DNA of 59,262 nt from Candidatus Daviesbacteria bacterium GW2011_GWA1_41_61 (GTDB taxonomy: Bacteria; Patescibacteriota; Microgenomatia; Daviesbacterales; UBA10151): the NCBI GenBank assembly GCA_000997385.1, contig LCBT01000005.1, positions 1 to 59,262 of the forward strand, read 5' to 3'. Each line of letters opens with the position of its first letter. Within the stretch, counting starts at the first letter, position 1. Position numbers and translations under genes: made by a program. The notes below the pieces were generated by a model. It was not told where the DNA came from and made no database searches. It saw only the letters and a list, made by a program, of their open reading frames with translations. Positions 19,291 through 28,812 of this stretch are shown piece after piece.

Positions 19291-19548
19291 TTAGCCTCGC
19301 TCCTGTTTATTCCCACGAGTTTTCAATAATTGAGATATTCTATCTTTATAAGCCAATCGTTTTTGGAATGCCTCTTTGGTGTAAATAGCCACCTCCCAAT
19401 CACCAAGTAATTGACTAAATTGCTTTATAAGTACAAAGCCATTGATTTCTTTTTCCTGGTACTGATTTTTTGGGTCAAAAAAGGACAGGAGAAATAATCG
19501 TCTAATCTTATTTAGCCAATTTTGGCTGTGAGTATGTTTCATTTTCAT
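19291..19548 (-). CDS. Hypothetical protein
   Basis: 85-aa ORF in same-strand operon. Confidence 0.55.
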   Translation of the reverse strand: MKMKHTHSQNWLNKIRRLFLLSFFDPKNQYQEKEINGFVLIKQFSQLLGDWEVAIYTKEAFQKRLAYKDRISQLLKTRGNKQERG

Positions 19549-19560
19549 ATCAATTTTTTG

Positions 19561-19791
19561 TTATTTGCTGGCAAATATCCTGTCTTTCAAGGTACGAATT
19601 GCATCTGCATATTCCCTGGCTTTGACAGTCAAAGTATTAGACCAGTAGTCATTAGATATTTTGCGACAGGCTGTCTCACTTTCAAATACAAACCAATAGA
19701 AACCAGAATCAGCTTCCAATCCAGCAATTGTGAGATTCGCAGCTACCAAAGCAGATGCTTCGTAAATGTCTTTGGTTTTATACCTTTCCAT
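19561..19791 (-). CDS. DUF5659-like small protein
   Basis: YKTKDIYEASAL...FVF...YW...LKDRIF; paralog of 9530-9781. Confidence 0.7.
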   Translation of the reverse strand: MERYKTKDIYEASALVAANLTIAGLEADSGFYWFVFESETACRKISNDYWSNTLTVKAREYADAIRTLKDRIFASK

Positions 19792-19960
19792 AAGTCACAG
19801 CCTCCTTTTTCATTTTGTTGAGAACTTTTAGAAATCCAGACAAGTTGAAGTATGCTTCAAAAGCTTGAGAGTCAGTCAAAGGCTGCTTCGAAAGAAGTTC
19901 GAGTTCTTTTTGGAGATTTTCCTTACATCTTTGGCTCAATTTCCGATCCATATGAGCCAA
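19778..19960 (-). CDS. Small hypothetical protein
   Basis: LTDSQAFEAYFNLSGFLKVL resembles LSDEVARDQGSRLIQLFEL of 7047-7325. Confidence 0.55.
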   Translation of the reverse strand: MAHMDRKLSQRCKENLQKELELLSKQPLTDSQAFEAYFNLSGFLKVLNKMKKEAVTYGKV

Positions 19961-20000
19961 GTGTAGAAAAATAGGGGTTGAGAAACGAAGGAGAGAAAAA

Positions 20001-20618
20001 CTACCCTTTTTTATCCCTGGACATGTGGAGTTTCTTTTTCACTAACCTACATCGCTTACTGATTTCAGTCTCATCAAATGGTCTGTTTCCGTAAATCGTT
20101 TCTCCGATTTCTCGCATACTTTTTCCCTGGTTATAAAGTTCTATCATCCGAATATCTGTGTCAGAGATTTCAATGGGCTCAAAATCTTTCAACCATCTGG
20201 ACTGCAATTCTTTTATCAGATTCCAATCTGCTCTTTCTAAATCTTTGGCAGTAGTTTTTCTAAAAATCTGAATAAAAAGCTCCCATTTTTGTTTTTCGAA
20301 GTTGTATGAAAGTATTGGTTGTAAGGAAGAAATCGCTGGCAATTGCAATTTACCTGATTTCAGAAGATTGCGAATTGGCTCCTCCCAGTTCGCGGGCAAA
20401 TTACATTCATTTACAATTCGCTTCGGTTCATGAATAAGTAATCTTTCTTTGACACCAAAATTACGAATCACCATTTTCTTATCTTTAGTTACAATCACTT
20501 CTGATTCATATTTCTGAATCTTTTTCAGAACCTTTTTACACTCTGATAATAATCTCTCGCTGTGCTCAAGAATAAAATGGGTTTTTATTTCGGTAACTGA
20601 ACTTTTTGCATTTTTCAT
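20001..20618 (-). CDS. Hypothetical regulator with C-terminal HTH
   Basis: MIELYNQGKSMREIGETI...ISKR. Confidence 0.6.
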   Translation of the reverse strand: MKNAKSSVTEIKTHFILEHSERLLSECKKVLKKIQKYESEVIVTKDKKMVIRNFGVKERLLIHEPKRIVNECNLPANWEEPIRNLLKSGKLQLPAISSLQPILSYNFEKQKWELFIQIFRKTTAKDLERADWNLIKELQSRWLKDFEPIEISDTDIRMIELYNQGKSMREIGETIYGNRPFDETEISKRCRLVKKKLHMSRDKKG

Positions 20619-20720
20619 ATCAATCTACATCTGTGCTCAATTGTACCAAAAAGAAGCCATAAACCTATAACTTTGGTCTGGTAATTGAGTTATAATAAGG
20701 CTGAAATTGAGATGTAAATT

Positions 20721-22343
20721 ATGACGAACAACACAGATAAACAAAAGGACAATACTACTTCCTCATCTCCTGTTATTACCGAAACTAACCTTGCACAGTT
20801 AGCCAGAGGATTGCTTCTGATGAATATCCAAAAGGAAATGGATGAACCAGGATACACTCCAATTGATAGAATCACGAAAAACCGCAAAGTTGTACAAAGA
20901 CGACAAGAGTACTGTAGCGATATTGAGCGGGTAATTAGCGAGGCGAAGCTTACAATCCATCTCCAATTAGAAGTTCAGAATGAAGTAAAAGTTGGTGAAA
21001 AGTCATACCAACCAGAGGAAATAATAAGTTACTATAATGGGATTTTCCTTGACCAAGTTCATCAGTTGAAAGATAAGCTTTTCAGAATGATTGCACTCCT
21101 GCTTTTAGTACCTGAAACAGCACAAGACAATCAAAAGAAAGACCCTAAAAAGATCGAATATCAGCCATTTCTAACTAAAAACGAAGTGAAACTGAAAGAG
21201 ATTGGTATTTACGACTTACTATCTCAATGGGGCTCTGGCAATCTTGCAAAGGCATTAGATAAGAGAACCTATCATCATCATTTTGTAAGTACATTACGAC
21301 TAAATAGTGACTTCCAAAACATAAAAATGTCCAGGATGATGCTCAACCCACTAACTTCAAATCAGTTGAGCGAATATGGTAAGAAGAGAATGGCGGAGAT
21401 TGGTGAAGAATCTTATAGAAAATGGAGAAAAGAACTCGTAGATAAGCAGCAAGAAATAATCGGTGAAATAGAACAAAACATTGAAGAGATTTCAGAAAAA
21501 CTTATCACCCATTTCAAAGTCCCTGCAACTCCTGTTGAATCTGCACCCATAATCAGTAAGTACATGGAGTTTTTGGCCTCTATGGACATACATAATGAAG
21601 CAAGTATAACCAAGATTCCTACTGACCTGAAACCATTGATAGACGGATTCCTCGAAATTGCTGAAAAAGAAATTGGTGGCACACTTCATCTTCCGTATTC
21701 AGTTTATCTTGTTGGAAGCTGTGCACGAGGAGAGTATATTCCTGGCTGCTCTGACATAAACCTTTATTTTATTTTCGATGCTGATACAAATACGAATCTT
21801 TCAAAGAGCAATCCACTCGTAAATCTTGTTTTTCTATCAAAGAAACAATATCAGTCTAACGCCCACAAAAAGGATCGTTTCATTTGTTGGTCTGATGGTG
21901 TCCTACTCCATGGCAATGGTTTCAAAATGGGAAAGAAGGACTTTCCTAAACCAGGATCACTGCTGTGCCTACTCCTGAACAAGGGGTTTATCGAAAAGCT
22001 TGAGCAGATCAGGAAAGAAGTTGCAGCATTGAAGAATCAAGACCCTGATACTTTGAGGCAGTACAGTGTAAAAATGGTCAAAATTATGCTGGATTTTGAT
22101 TTTGGGGTTGCAATGTCTAATAAACCTTTCTACACCGCAAGCAGGAAAGGTAAAATCGCCTACACCAAGGAATCATGGCCGAATGAACGCAGAACAAACA
22201 CTTTTGAGCAGATTTACTATAAAGGAATCATTCGGCAAGAGGATTTTCCAATGGTAATTGACACCTTCCTTGAAAATGCGAAGAAAAACTATCAGAAACT
22301 ACTTGATGTTGAGGCAGATATTATCAAAAATCCAGCTCGATAA
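20721..22343 (+). CDS. Putative HEPN (Cthe_2314-like) plus nucleotidyltransferase fusion protein
   Basis: RX4H motif RTYHHH; VYLVGSCARGEYIPGCSDIN Pol-beta NTase motif. Confidence 0.6.
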   Translation: MTNNTDKQKDNTTSSSPVITETNLAQLARGLLLMNIQKEMDEPGYTPIDRITKNRKVVQRRQEYCSDIERVISEAKLTIHLQLEVQNEVKVGEKSYQPEEIISYYNGIFLDQVHQLKDKLFRMIALLLLVPETAQDNQKKDPKKIEYQPFLTKNEVKLKEIGIYDLLSQWGSGNLAKALDKRTYHHHFVSTLRLNSDFQNIKMSRMMLNPLTSNQLSEYGKKRMAEIGEESYRKWRKELVDKQQEIIGEIEQNIEEISEKLITHFKVPATPVESAPIISKYMEFLASMDIHNEASITKIPTDLKPLIDGFLEIAEKEIGGTLHLPYSVYLVGSCARGEYIPGCSDINLYFIFDADTNTNLSKSNPLVNLVFLSKKQYQSNAHKKDRFICWSDGVLLHGNGFKMGKKDFPKPGSLLCLLLNKGFIEKLEQIRKEVAALKNQDPDTLRQYSVKMVKIMLDFDFGVAMSNKPFYTASRKGKIAYTKESWPNERRTNTFEQIYYKGIIRQEDFPMVIDTFLENAKKNYQKLLDVEADIIKNPAR

Positions 22344-22345
22344 TC

Positions 22346-22861
22346 TTACTTTTTGACTCTGTAGTGTAATTCAACAATTCCATCGTCAATTTTCTCAACT
22401 TTCATCAATTCCAGCTTGAGCTCGAAATCAGAAAGACTGAATACTGGGATTCCTTCCCCTAAAATTGAGGGGTTCACATCAAATATAACCTCGTTTATCA
22501 AACCTCTTTTTGCAAACTCGCTGTTCAGGGTTGACCCGCCTGTAATAATTGCCTCGTTGAAACCTTCTGATTCGAGAGTTTCAAGAGCTTGTTCTGGTGA
22601 GTTTGCCAATGTAAAACCATTTTTGAGATCAAGATTAGAGGTTGAAACTATAATCTTCTTCACACCTTCAAGTTCAGTGAGATAATCTCCTTCCCACTTG
22701 ATAACTGCCTCATAGGTCTTTCTACCCCAAATAAAACAACCAATCCTTTTAGCCAAACTTACGAATTGTATCCAGTTTGTATGTGACAAGAAATCTTCAC
22801 TACCAGATTTAGAAGCAATAATTCCATTCGCTGAAACTGCCATAGTTAGAATAATTTTCAT
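22346..22861 (-). CDS. Dihydrofolate reductase / RibD C-terminal family protein
   Basis: AVSANGIIA, GRKTYE, GGSTL, PSILGEGIPVF. Confidence 0.88.
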   Translation of the reverse strand: MKIILTMAVSANGIIASKSGSEDFLSHTNWIQFVSLAKRIGCFIWGRKTYEAVIKWEGDYLTELEGVKKIIVSTSNLDLKNGFTLANSPEQALETLESEGFNEAIITGGSTLNSEFAKRGLINEVIFDVNPSILGEGIPVFSLSDFELKLELMKVEKIDDGIVELHYRVKK

Positions 22862-23187
22862 AATTCTTCTTCTGAAATAAGAGGGTAAATGTCAAAAGCC
22901 ACTTCTTCATAAGGATGGACTTTCCTAATTGCTGCGATAACTGCCTTTGCTTTTTTTTGATCGCTAACACATTCAATCCGTTCTTCTTGTACTTGTTCAA
23001 ACTTACCAATTTCGCCAATAGCTGGATGAGCACCTTCCATTGGCTTATATCTGCCTATTCCATCAACTGAATAGCTACAGTGACTGTAAAGCCCAATTTT
23101 CCCTGCCCCTGCGCCTCCTATTGCCTGACGAACTATATCAGTATGAGTTTTAGGTACAAAAACAACAATTTTTACAGTTTTATTCAT
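22858..23187 (-). CDS. Stand-alone NIF3/YqfO PII-like domain protein
   Basis: KIVVFVP, GAGKIGLYSHCS, HPYEEVAFDIYP. Confidence 0.85.
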   Translation of the reverse strand: MNKTVKIVVFVPKTHTDIVRQAIGGAGAGKIGLYSHCSYSVDGIGRYKPMEGAHPAIGEIGKFEQVQEERIECVSDQKKAKAVIAAIRKVHPYEEVAFDIYPLISEEEL

Positions 23188-23567
23188 TTTTCCTCTATCA
23201 CTTGCTTCAATTTCTCTAAAATATCGGTAGTGAATGGCTCCTGTAATTCACCATTTTCCATCCACTCGTAATACTCAAAGTTCGTAGAATTATCGCTAAT
23301 TGGAGTCAGTGTATATTTGACATGATAATTTCCGTCTTTTTGAACCATTGTAAAACTATTATTTTTCAATTCAGTAAGTGTATATTCATTCCAAGTGCCA
23401 TTTTGACTCTGATTCCTGTAGATTGATCCGACTTTTACAGGCCATTCACTCGTTTCTTCTTTCACTAATGAACCAATCCATAAAGGTGTATTTTTCGGAT
23501 TTAGGACAAAGGAGATTATTTCACTTACTGGCTTGTCAATCTGGATCGTCAATCGCTTATCTTTCAT
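23184..23567 (-). CDS. SRPBCC/polyketide cyclase-like protein
   Basis: IQIDKPVSEI...NPKNTPLW; C-terminal helix LEKLKQVIE. Confidence 0.7.
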   Translation of the reverse strand: MKDKRLTIQIDKPVSEIISFVLNPKNTPLWIGSLVKEETSEWPVKVGSIYRNQSQNGTWNEYTLTELKNNSFTMVQKDGNYHVKYTLTPISDNSTNFEYYEWMENGELQEPFTTDILEKLKQVIEEK

Positions 23568-23636
23568 AATTCATATTGTATCAAAACCTAAAGACTTGAG
23601 CGAGACTTTATTGACAATAATTGATACAATCAAATC

Positions 23637-23978
23637 ATGAGTGCAACACCATTTTCTCCCAGTGTAACTAAAGGCAATTTTGTCTTTACATCTGGCCAAA
23701 TCCATCTAAAAGAAGGAAAACTTCTTGAGGGGACAATCGAAGAAAAGACACATCAAGTAATGAAGAACCTTCAGGGAATACTTGAAAAGGCTGGCGTGAC
23801 TTTCAACGATGTTGTCAAAACGACCATTTACACCACAGACTTATCATTATATGGAAAAGTAAATGAGGTTTATTCGACATACTTTACCGACTCTTTTCCT
23901 GCAAGAGAAATGGTTTGCGTAAAAGAACTTCCTCTTGGAGCTGTATTAGAGATCAGCATGGTCGCCTTCAAATCCTAA
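23637..23978 (+). CDS. RidA/YjgF family protein
   Basis: FTSGQI, DVVKTTIY, NEVY, FPAR, LPLGAVLEI. Confidence 0.9.
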   Translation: MSATPFSPSVTKGNFVFTSGQIHLKEGKLLEGTIEEKTHQVMKNLQGILEKAGVTFNDVVKTTIYTTDLSLYGKVNEVYSTYFTDSFPAREMVCVKELPLGAVLEISMVAFKS

Positions 23979-24074
23979 AAGCTAACGCTTGTGGAGGATT
24001 GAGAAATTGTTGAAGTCTCTGAAGATCAAACTGGCTGATTTTGTGCCAAATTGTTCGAAGGTCATGCACTAATG
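23968..24074 (-). other. Displaced 3' end of the element 2 integrase gene (35 codons + stop)
   Basis: In frame with the att core (AAT TGG CAG G); reads ALVHDLRTIWHKISQFDLQRLQQFLNPPQALAFRI*. Confidence 0.75.
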
Positions 24075-24082
24075 CCTGCCAA

Positions 24083-24793
24083 TTAAAAAAGCCCGCCGGG
24101 ACATGATGAATGAAACTGGATAAAAAGGTTTCTCACTTCACCTCCCAAATCCGAGGCTCTAATCTTTTGTACCAGGCGCTGAAATATTTTCTTATCCGCC
24201 TGGGTATCACCCAAGTAAACCAAAGACCTTTCCTGATGTAATTTTTCAAACAAACGCATACGTTTCCCTAGCTTGAGTCTTACCAACTCAGTCCACTTAA
24301 AAAGAGGAAAAATAACTGCTTCGAGTCCCTGGGGATAAAGAATGTCGCCCCGAAAGATCCCCACTTCCTGAAGCTGATTTAAGAGCAAAGTCTCTCTTTG
24401 ATCTTCAGGAAGAGACAGGGAGTTTACCACCCTACCCATTACTCCCCCTGGCATGTTCAAAAACTGAGCATAAGCACCACATAAAGGTCTTGAAGAATAG
24501 ATGAAAACATTGTTTAATTCATCCTCATGCAGTCTTTCCAAAAATGCGTTCTCCTGCCCGGACAACTCGCCTACCGACAATCCAATCCTGAAACCTCGAG
24601 GTTTCAGGATTGGCCCATCAAGGTCAACAATAATGTCGCGTGGTCCGGGTATTTGGTCAATTGCCGCCTCTGAATTTTTCAAGGCGCCGGAATGAGGAAG
24701 CTGGGTGAGGTCAAGGCGCCCGCAGGAGACAGTTCTCCCTTGACTGGTTTGAATATCCCAAGGAATAATTTCGATGCAGCGATTATACACCAC
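24083..24793 (-). CDS. HAD-like hypothetical protein
   Basis: IVDLDGPI and VYLGDT motifs. Confidence 0.5.
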   Translation of the reverse strand: MVYNRCIEIIPWDIQTSQGRTVSCGRLDLTQLPHSGALKNSEAAIDQIPGPRDIIVDLDGPILKPRGFRIGLSVGELSGQENAFLERLHEDELNNVFIYSSRPLCGAYAQFLNMPGGVMGRVVNSLSLPEDQRETLLLNQLQEVGIFRGDILYPQGLEAVIFPLFKWTELVRLKLGKRMRLFEKLHQERSLVYLGDTQADKKIFQRLVQKIRASDLGGEVRNLFIQFHSSCPGGLF

Positions 24794-24837
24794 TGAAGCT
24801 ATACAAGCAAAAACTTTCGGAAACCAAGAAATGTAGA

Positions 24838-25554
24838 CTAAAAATTTACCTTAATCCTGGCATTTTGAATGCCTGCCTCATAACCGGTGTTAGTTTTTAA
24901 CTGAAGTTTATAAATTTTTTTACCTGAAGTTAAGATAAAACCTTGAGAATTTACCCAGGAATAACTTTCAGTAGTTACTGAGACCTCAGATGGCAGCAGA
25001 GCCAACTTATCATCGCTGTTATAGATCCTGGCATAAGCTTTACCATTTCCCTGAAAAACCCGCAATGACACCTCAAGCTGCATGCTTTTGTATCCCGGAT
25101 AATCAGCCGGGTCTAAAGTAATCTGCAGAGCATCGACAGCAGTCCAATCTAAAGCACTGGAGGCCCCTCCTGTACCTAAAGGGATATACAAAGGGGCCTT
25201 AGTAGTGGAAACAGTATCTTTAGGTTCTTTTAAATCATTGACCTGAAGCTGTAAATCAGCCACCGTTCTCTCTAAACTCCTCACCTGGGTCTGCAAAGTT
25301 TTCAAACTAAGATCTTGACTGTCAATTTTAGAAGGAGTGGGGCTAGGTTTTTCCTTCCCGGAAGAAGAAGCAGGGCTGATAACTGCTGGCAGATTCTCGG
25401 GGGTCGGAGAAGCCTGAGTTAACTGAAAGGTCTCAGTTAAAGTAGTCAAAGGATCAATTGGGGAACTTTTATCTGCAACTCTATAAATTCTGACATAAGC
25501 TAACACTCCCATCATCAAAGAGATCAGCAGTACCAAAGGCAGAAACTTCACCAT
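24838..25554 (-). CDS. Membrane-anchored hypothetical protein
   Basis: N-terminal TM, P/S/T linker, coiled coil, beta-rich C-terminus. Confidence 0.7.
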   Translation of the reverse strand: MVKFLPLVLLISLMMGVLAYVRIYRVADKSSPIDPLTTLTETFQLTQASPTPENLPAVISPASSSGKEKPSPTPSKIDSQDLSLKTLQTQVRSLERTVADLQLQVNDLKEPKDTVSTTKAPLYIPLGTGGASSALDWTAVDALQITLDPADYPGYKSMQLEVSLRVFQGNGKAYARIYNSDDKLALLPSEVSVTTESYSWVNSQGFILTSGKKIYKLQLKTNTGYEAGIQNARIKVNF

Positions 25555-25623
25555 AGATTTATCATAACATGTTCATTCTAATTTATTATTAAATTCTAAG
25601 TTTTGATATAATTTCTTGATTAT

Positions 25624-26517
25624 ATGAAAATAATAGTACACAAAGAACAAGAAATCGGGATTCAAGACAGCCTAAACCTAGAACAGCAAAACGGCTCTCG
25701 AAGAAGGGTAAATTATAGCCTTGTTAATGCGGTGGTTAACAGTCGGGTTCTCGAGTTAAGACGATTAGATCAAGATTTAACAGTTACTACCCTCTCTGAA
25801 GAGGCCCAAGCAGCAATCCGAGAACATCGGCAAGAGGTCTTAGGAGATATTATTGACTGCAATATGGGGCTTATTGTTTCTATTGCTAAACAATATGCGG
25901 AAAAAGTAGAGTTGGAAGATCTAAAAGGTGTCGGTATTGTTACCCTGTTAGAAGCAATACCCCATTTTAAAATAGGAAGGGCTAAATTCTCCACCTTTGT
26001 CTTTCCCAGGATAAGAAAGGCTATCCATTGTTACGCCATAGAACAAAGATCTCCCATTAAAGAGACGGATTACCATTACAGAAAAGTCAAAAAAGCAGGA
26101 GGGTCTTCTGCAGCTCAAACTTATACAATCTTCAGTCTTTCTAAAGGCCTTAACCAAACTAATGCCGAAAGTGACCCGATTGAGAATATTCTGCCCAATG
26201 ATTTTATCGGAGATGTCGAACAAGAGGCTTTGTCTCCTCTCACTTTAATAGACTTGATGAATCTTGCTCAAGAAGCCGGGTTAGATTTCCGGCAGCAACG
26301 AATATTATGGCTGAGGGCAGTAATGTCTTCTGATGTATACAGAAGTTTCCCCCTAAGCCTAAGGGATATTGGTAAACTTTTGGTCCCTCCTGTTACTGGC
26401 GCAAGGGTAAAACAAATTGAAGATAAGATAAAAAGTAAGCTTTGCACACCAGCCTTTTTGCCCCGTTTGAGACAAATCCTTTCTCAAGGCACCCGGATCG
26501 ACGACTACTTAGCTTAA
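25624..26517 (+). CDS. Divergent sigma-70 family RNA polymerase sigma factor
   Basis: Region 2 NMGLIVSIAKQY...KFSTF; region 4 SLRDIG...VTGARVKQIE. Confidence 0.8.
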   Translation: MKIIVHKEQEIGIQDSLNLEQQNGSRRRVNYSLVNAVVNSRVLELRRLDQDLTVTTLSEEAQAAIREHRQEVLGDIIDCNMGLIVSIAKQYAEKVELEDLKGVGIVTLLEAIPHFKIGRAKFSTFVFPRIRKAIHCYAIEQRSPIKETDYHYRKVKKAGGSSAAQTYTIFSLSKGLNQTNAESDPIENILPNDFIGDVEQEALSPLTLIDLMNLAQEAGLDFRQQRILWLRAVMSSDVYRSFPLSLRDIGKLLVPPVTGARVKQIEDKIKSKLCTPAFLPRLRQILSQGTRIDDYLA

Positions 26518-26551
26518 AAACTTAACTTTATGTTATGCTAAATATTAGTTT

Positions 26552-27835
26552 ATGGCTGATCAGGCCTCTCATCATAAACATGACCATGCTACCCTAACTT
26601 TCCCGGAAGGTTTTTTATGGGGAACTGCTACCTCTGCCCATCAGGTAGAGGGAGGAAACAGCAATAACGATTGGTGGCAGTGGGAACAAACAAGACCACA
26701 GCAGTTTTGGTCAGGGCCCTCTTGTGACCATTACCATAAATATGAAGAGGACTTCGATTTAGCTAAAAACTTAGGCCACAACGCTCACAGGCTATCTATT
26801 GAATGGTCCAGGATTGAACCCGAAGAGGGTAAGTTTGATTTAAGGGAGATTGAACATTACCAGAATGTTTTAAAAGCTTTAAAGGACAGGGGGCTGAAGG
26901 TGATGTTAACCCTGCACCATTTTACTAACCCTGCCTGGTTTGCCCAAAAAGGGGGCTGGGAGAACAGAAAATCAGCTTTTTATTTTGAAAGGTTTGTCAA
27001 AACCATTGTCCCAGAAATTAAAGATTATGTTGATTTTTGGATCACCATTAATGAACCGGGGGTTTTGGTCTGGGGAAGCTATATTGCCGCCATTTGGCCT
27101 CCCCAAAAAAAAAGTAGGTGGAAAGCTTTAAAAGCGATGTGGAATATCATCCGAGCCCATAAAAAGGCTTACAAAGCCATCCATAAGTTAGTTCCTAAAA
27201 CAGAAGTTGGCCTAGCCCAAAATGTCCAGTCTTACACAGCCTATCATAAACATTCTTTAATAGAACAATTTGGGGTAATCTTTTCTGATTTGGCTTCCAA
27301 CCATATCTTTTATTTTTTAACCAAAGGTTATCATGACTTTTATGGTTTAAATTATTACTTCCATTATCGTTTAAAAGAGCATGGCTTAGGAGTAGAGATT
27401 ACTGATGTGACCCACTTTTCCAAAGATATTTCTGACATGGGGTGGGAAATCTTTCCCGAGGGTATTTTTAATGTCCTAACTGACCTTTCCAACCACATAC
27501 CCATTTATCTCACTGAGTGCGGGATAGCCACCAGTAATGATGACCGGAGGATCAGGTTTTTAATGCAGTATCTACAGGAAGTTTACAGGGCTATCCAGGC
27601 TGGAGTAAATGTTAAGGGTTTTTTCTACTGGAGCCTGCTGGATAACTTTGAATGGGCTGATGGATATGAACCTAAGTTTGGCCTGATTGAAGTAGATTTT
27701 AAAACCCAAAAAAGGACTATTAAACCCTCAAGTTTACTTTATCAAGATATCATCAAACACAATGGCATCAGACATAAGCTAATGAAATTCCTAGGCCACA
27801 GGGTTTCTGTCAAAGAGGTTTTAGAAGAAAAATAG
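26552..27835 (+). CDS. Glycoside hydrolase family 1 (beta-glucosidase)
   Basis: FLWGTATSAHQVEG, TINEP, LTECG, DNFEW. Confidence 0.95.
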   Translation: MADQASHHKHDHATLTFPEGFLWGTATSAHQVEGGNSNNDWWQWEQTRPQQFWSGPSCDHYHKYEEDFDLAKNLGHNAHRLSIEWSRIEPEEGKFDLREIEHYQNVLKALKDRGLKVMLTLHHFTNPAWFAQKGGWENRKSAFYFERFVKTIVPEIKDYVDFWITINEPGVLVWGSYIAAIWPPQKKSRWKALKAMWNIIRAHKKAYKAIHKLVPKTEVGLAQNVQSYTAYHKHSLIEQFGVIFSDLASNHIFYFLTKGYHDFYGLNYYFHYRLKEHGLGVEITDVTHFSKDISDMGWEIFPEGIFNVLTDLSNHIPIYLTECGIATSNDDRRIRFLMQYLQEVYRAIQAGVNVKGFFYWSLLDNFEWADGYEPKFGLIEVDFKTQKRTIKPSSLLYQDIIKHNGIRHKLMKFLGHRVSVKEVLEEK

Positions 27836-27906
27836 CACATATAAAGAGTTGATTAATATCCTCTTCTGTCTTGTCTTAAAGCTTCATTTTGTTATATGGT
27901 TAAAGT

Positions 27907-28812
27907 ATGAGTTTTCTGCCCATAGCAGTTTTAGCCTATGCTTTAAGTGGAGGAGCTATTATCATTGATAAGATCCTCCTTAAAACCTCTCTTCCCAACC
28001 CCCTAACTTATGCTTTCTATATAAGTTTATTGCAGTTGTTAGTCCTACTGCTTATTCCCTTTGGTTTTAGCCTAAATTTGGGAACACCTGCCTATTTAGC
28101 TATCATTTCAGGTATATTTTATGTCTTTGCCCTTTATACCTTTTTTGCCAGCTTAAAGAAAAATGAGGCTTCCGTTGTAGGACCTTTGGTAGGCATGCTC
28201 AATCCCTTTTTTACCATCCTTTTGGGAAGCTTATTTTTAAGCCAAACACTTACCCCTATCCAAAATTTTGCAGTCTTCATCTTAATCTTGGGAGCTTTAA
28301 TATTAACCTTAAATATCTGGAGGAACAAACTTCAGTTCAACCGGAGGATCCTTTGGATCATCACTTCAGGTCTGCTGTTTGCTTTATCTTACCTACTTTT
28401 AAGGGAGGCCTTTTTTACCCTCTCTTTTTTAGACGGATTGATTGTCAGCCGGACTTCCTCAGGATTGTTTGTTTTAACGTTTTTAATTTTCCCCCATATA
28501 AAAAAACAAATTTTCACCTCCAACAAATCCCAACAGACCGTCAGTTCAAAATCTACGCTTATTTTACTGGCGTCAGGACAAACCATGGGGGCTCTCTCAG
28601 GATTACTGATTGCCTATGGTGTAAAACTGGCCAATCCGGCTCTGGTGAATTCTCTTTTCGGGATTCAATATTTGGTCATTTTAACAACTGCCATCTTTTT
28701 GGCTAAAAATAGGCCTCAGCTTCTGGATGAAACACTGAGTAAGGCTGTTATTACCCAAAAAGTGGTTGGGGCAGCAGTCTTAAGTTTGGGACTTTATCTT
28801 TTAGCTGTATGA
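27907..28812 (+). CDS. EamA/DMT family transporter
   Basis: About ten TM helices in two repeats. Confidence 0.8.
   Translation: MSFLPIAVLAYALSGGAIIIDKILLKTSLPNPLTYAFYISLLQLLVLLLIPFGFSLNLGTPAYLAIISGIFYVFALYTFFASLKKNEASVVGPLVGMLNPFFTILLGSLFLSQTLTPIQNFAVFILILGALILTLNIWRNKLQFNRRILWIITSGLLFALSYLLLREAFFTLSFLDGLIVSRTSSGLFVLTFLIFPHIKKQIFTSNKSQQTVSSKSTLILLASGQTMGALSGLLIAYGVKLANPALVNSLFGIQYLVILTTAIFLAKNRPQLLDETLSKAVITQKVVGAAVLSLGLYLLAV

Larger units (their letters stand above)
16648..24084. mobile_element. Integrated element 2
   Basis: 10-bp direct repeat CCTGCCAATT at 16648-16657 and 24075-24084; serine recombinase at the left end. Confidence 0.88.

Noticed and set aside
5447-24084. Complete prophage
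   Set aside because: No capsid, portal, terminase large subunit, tail or lysis genes recognised; host tRNA and rpmG lie between the two elements.
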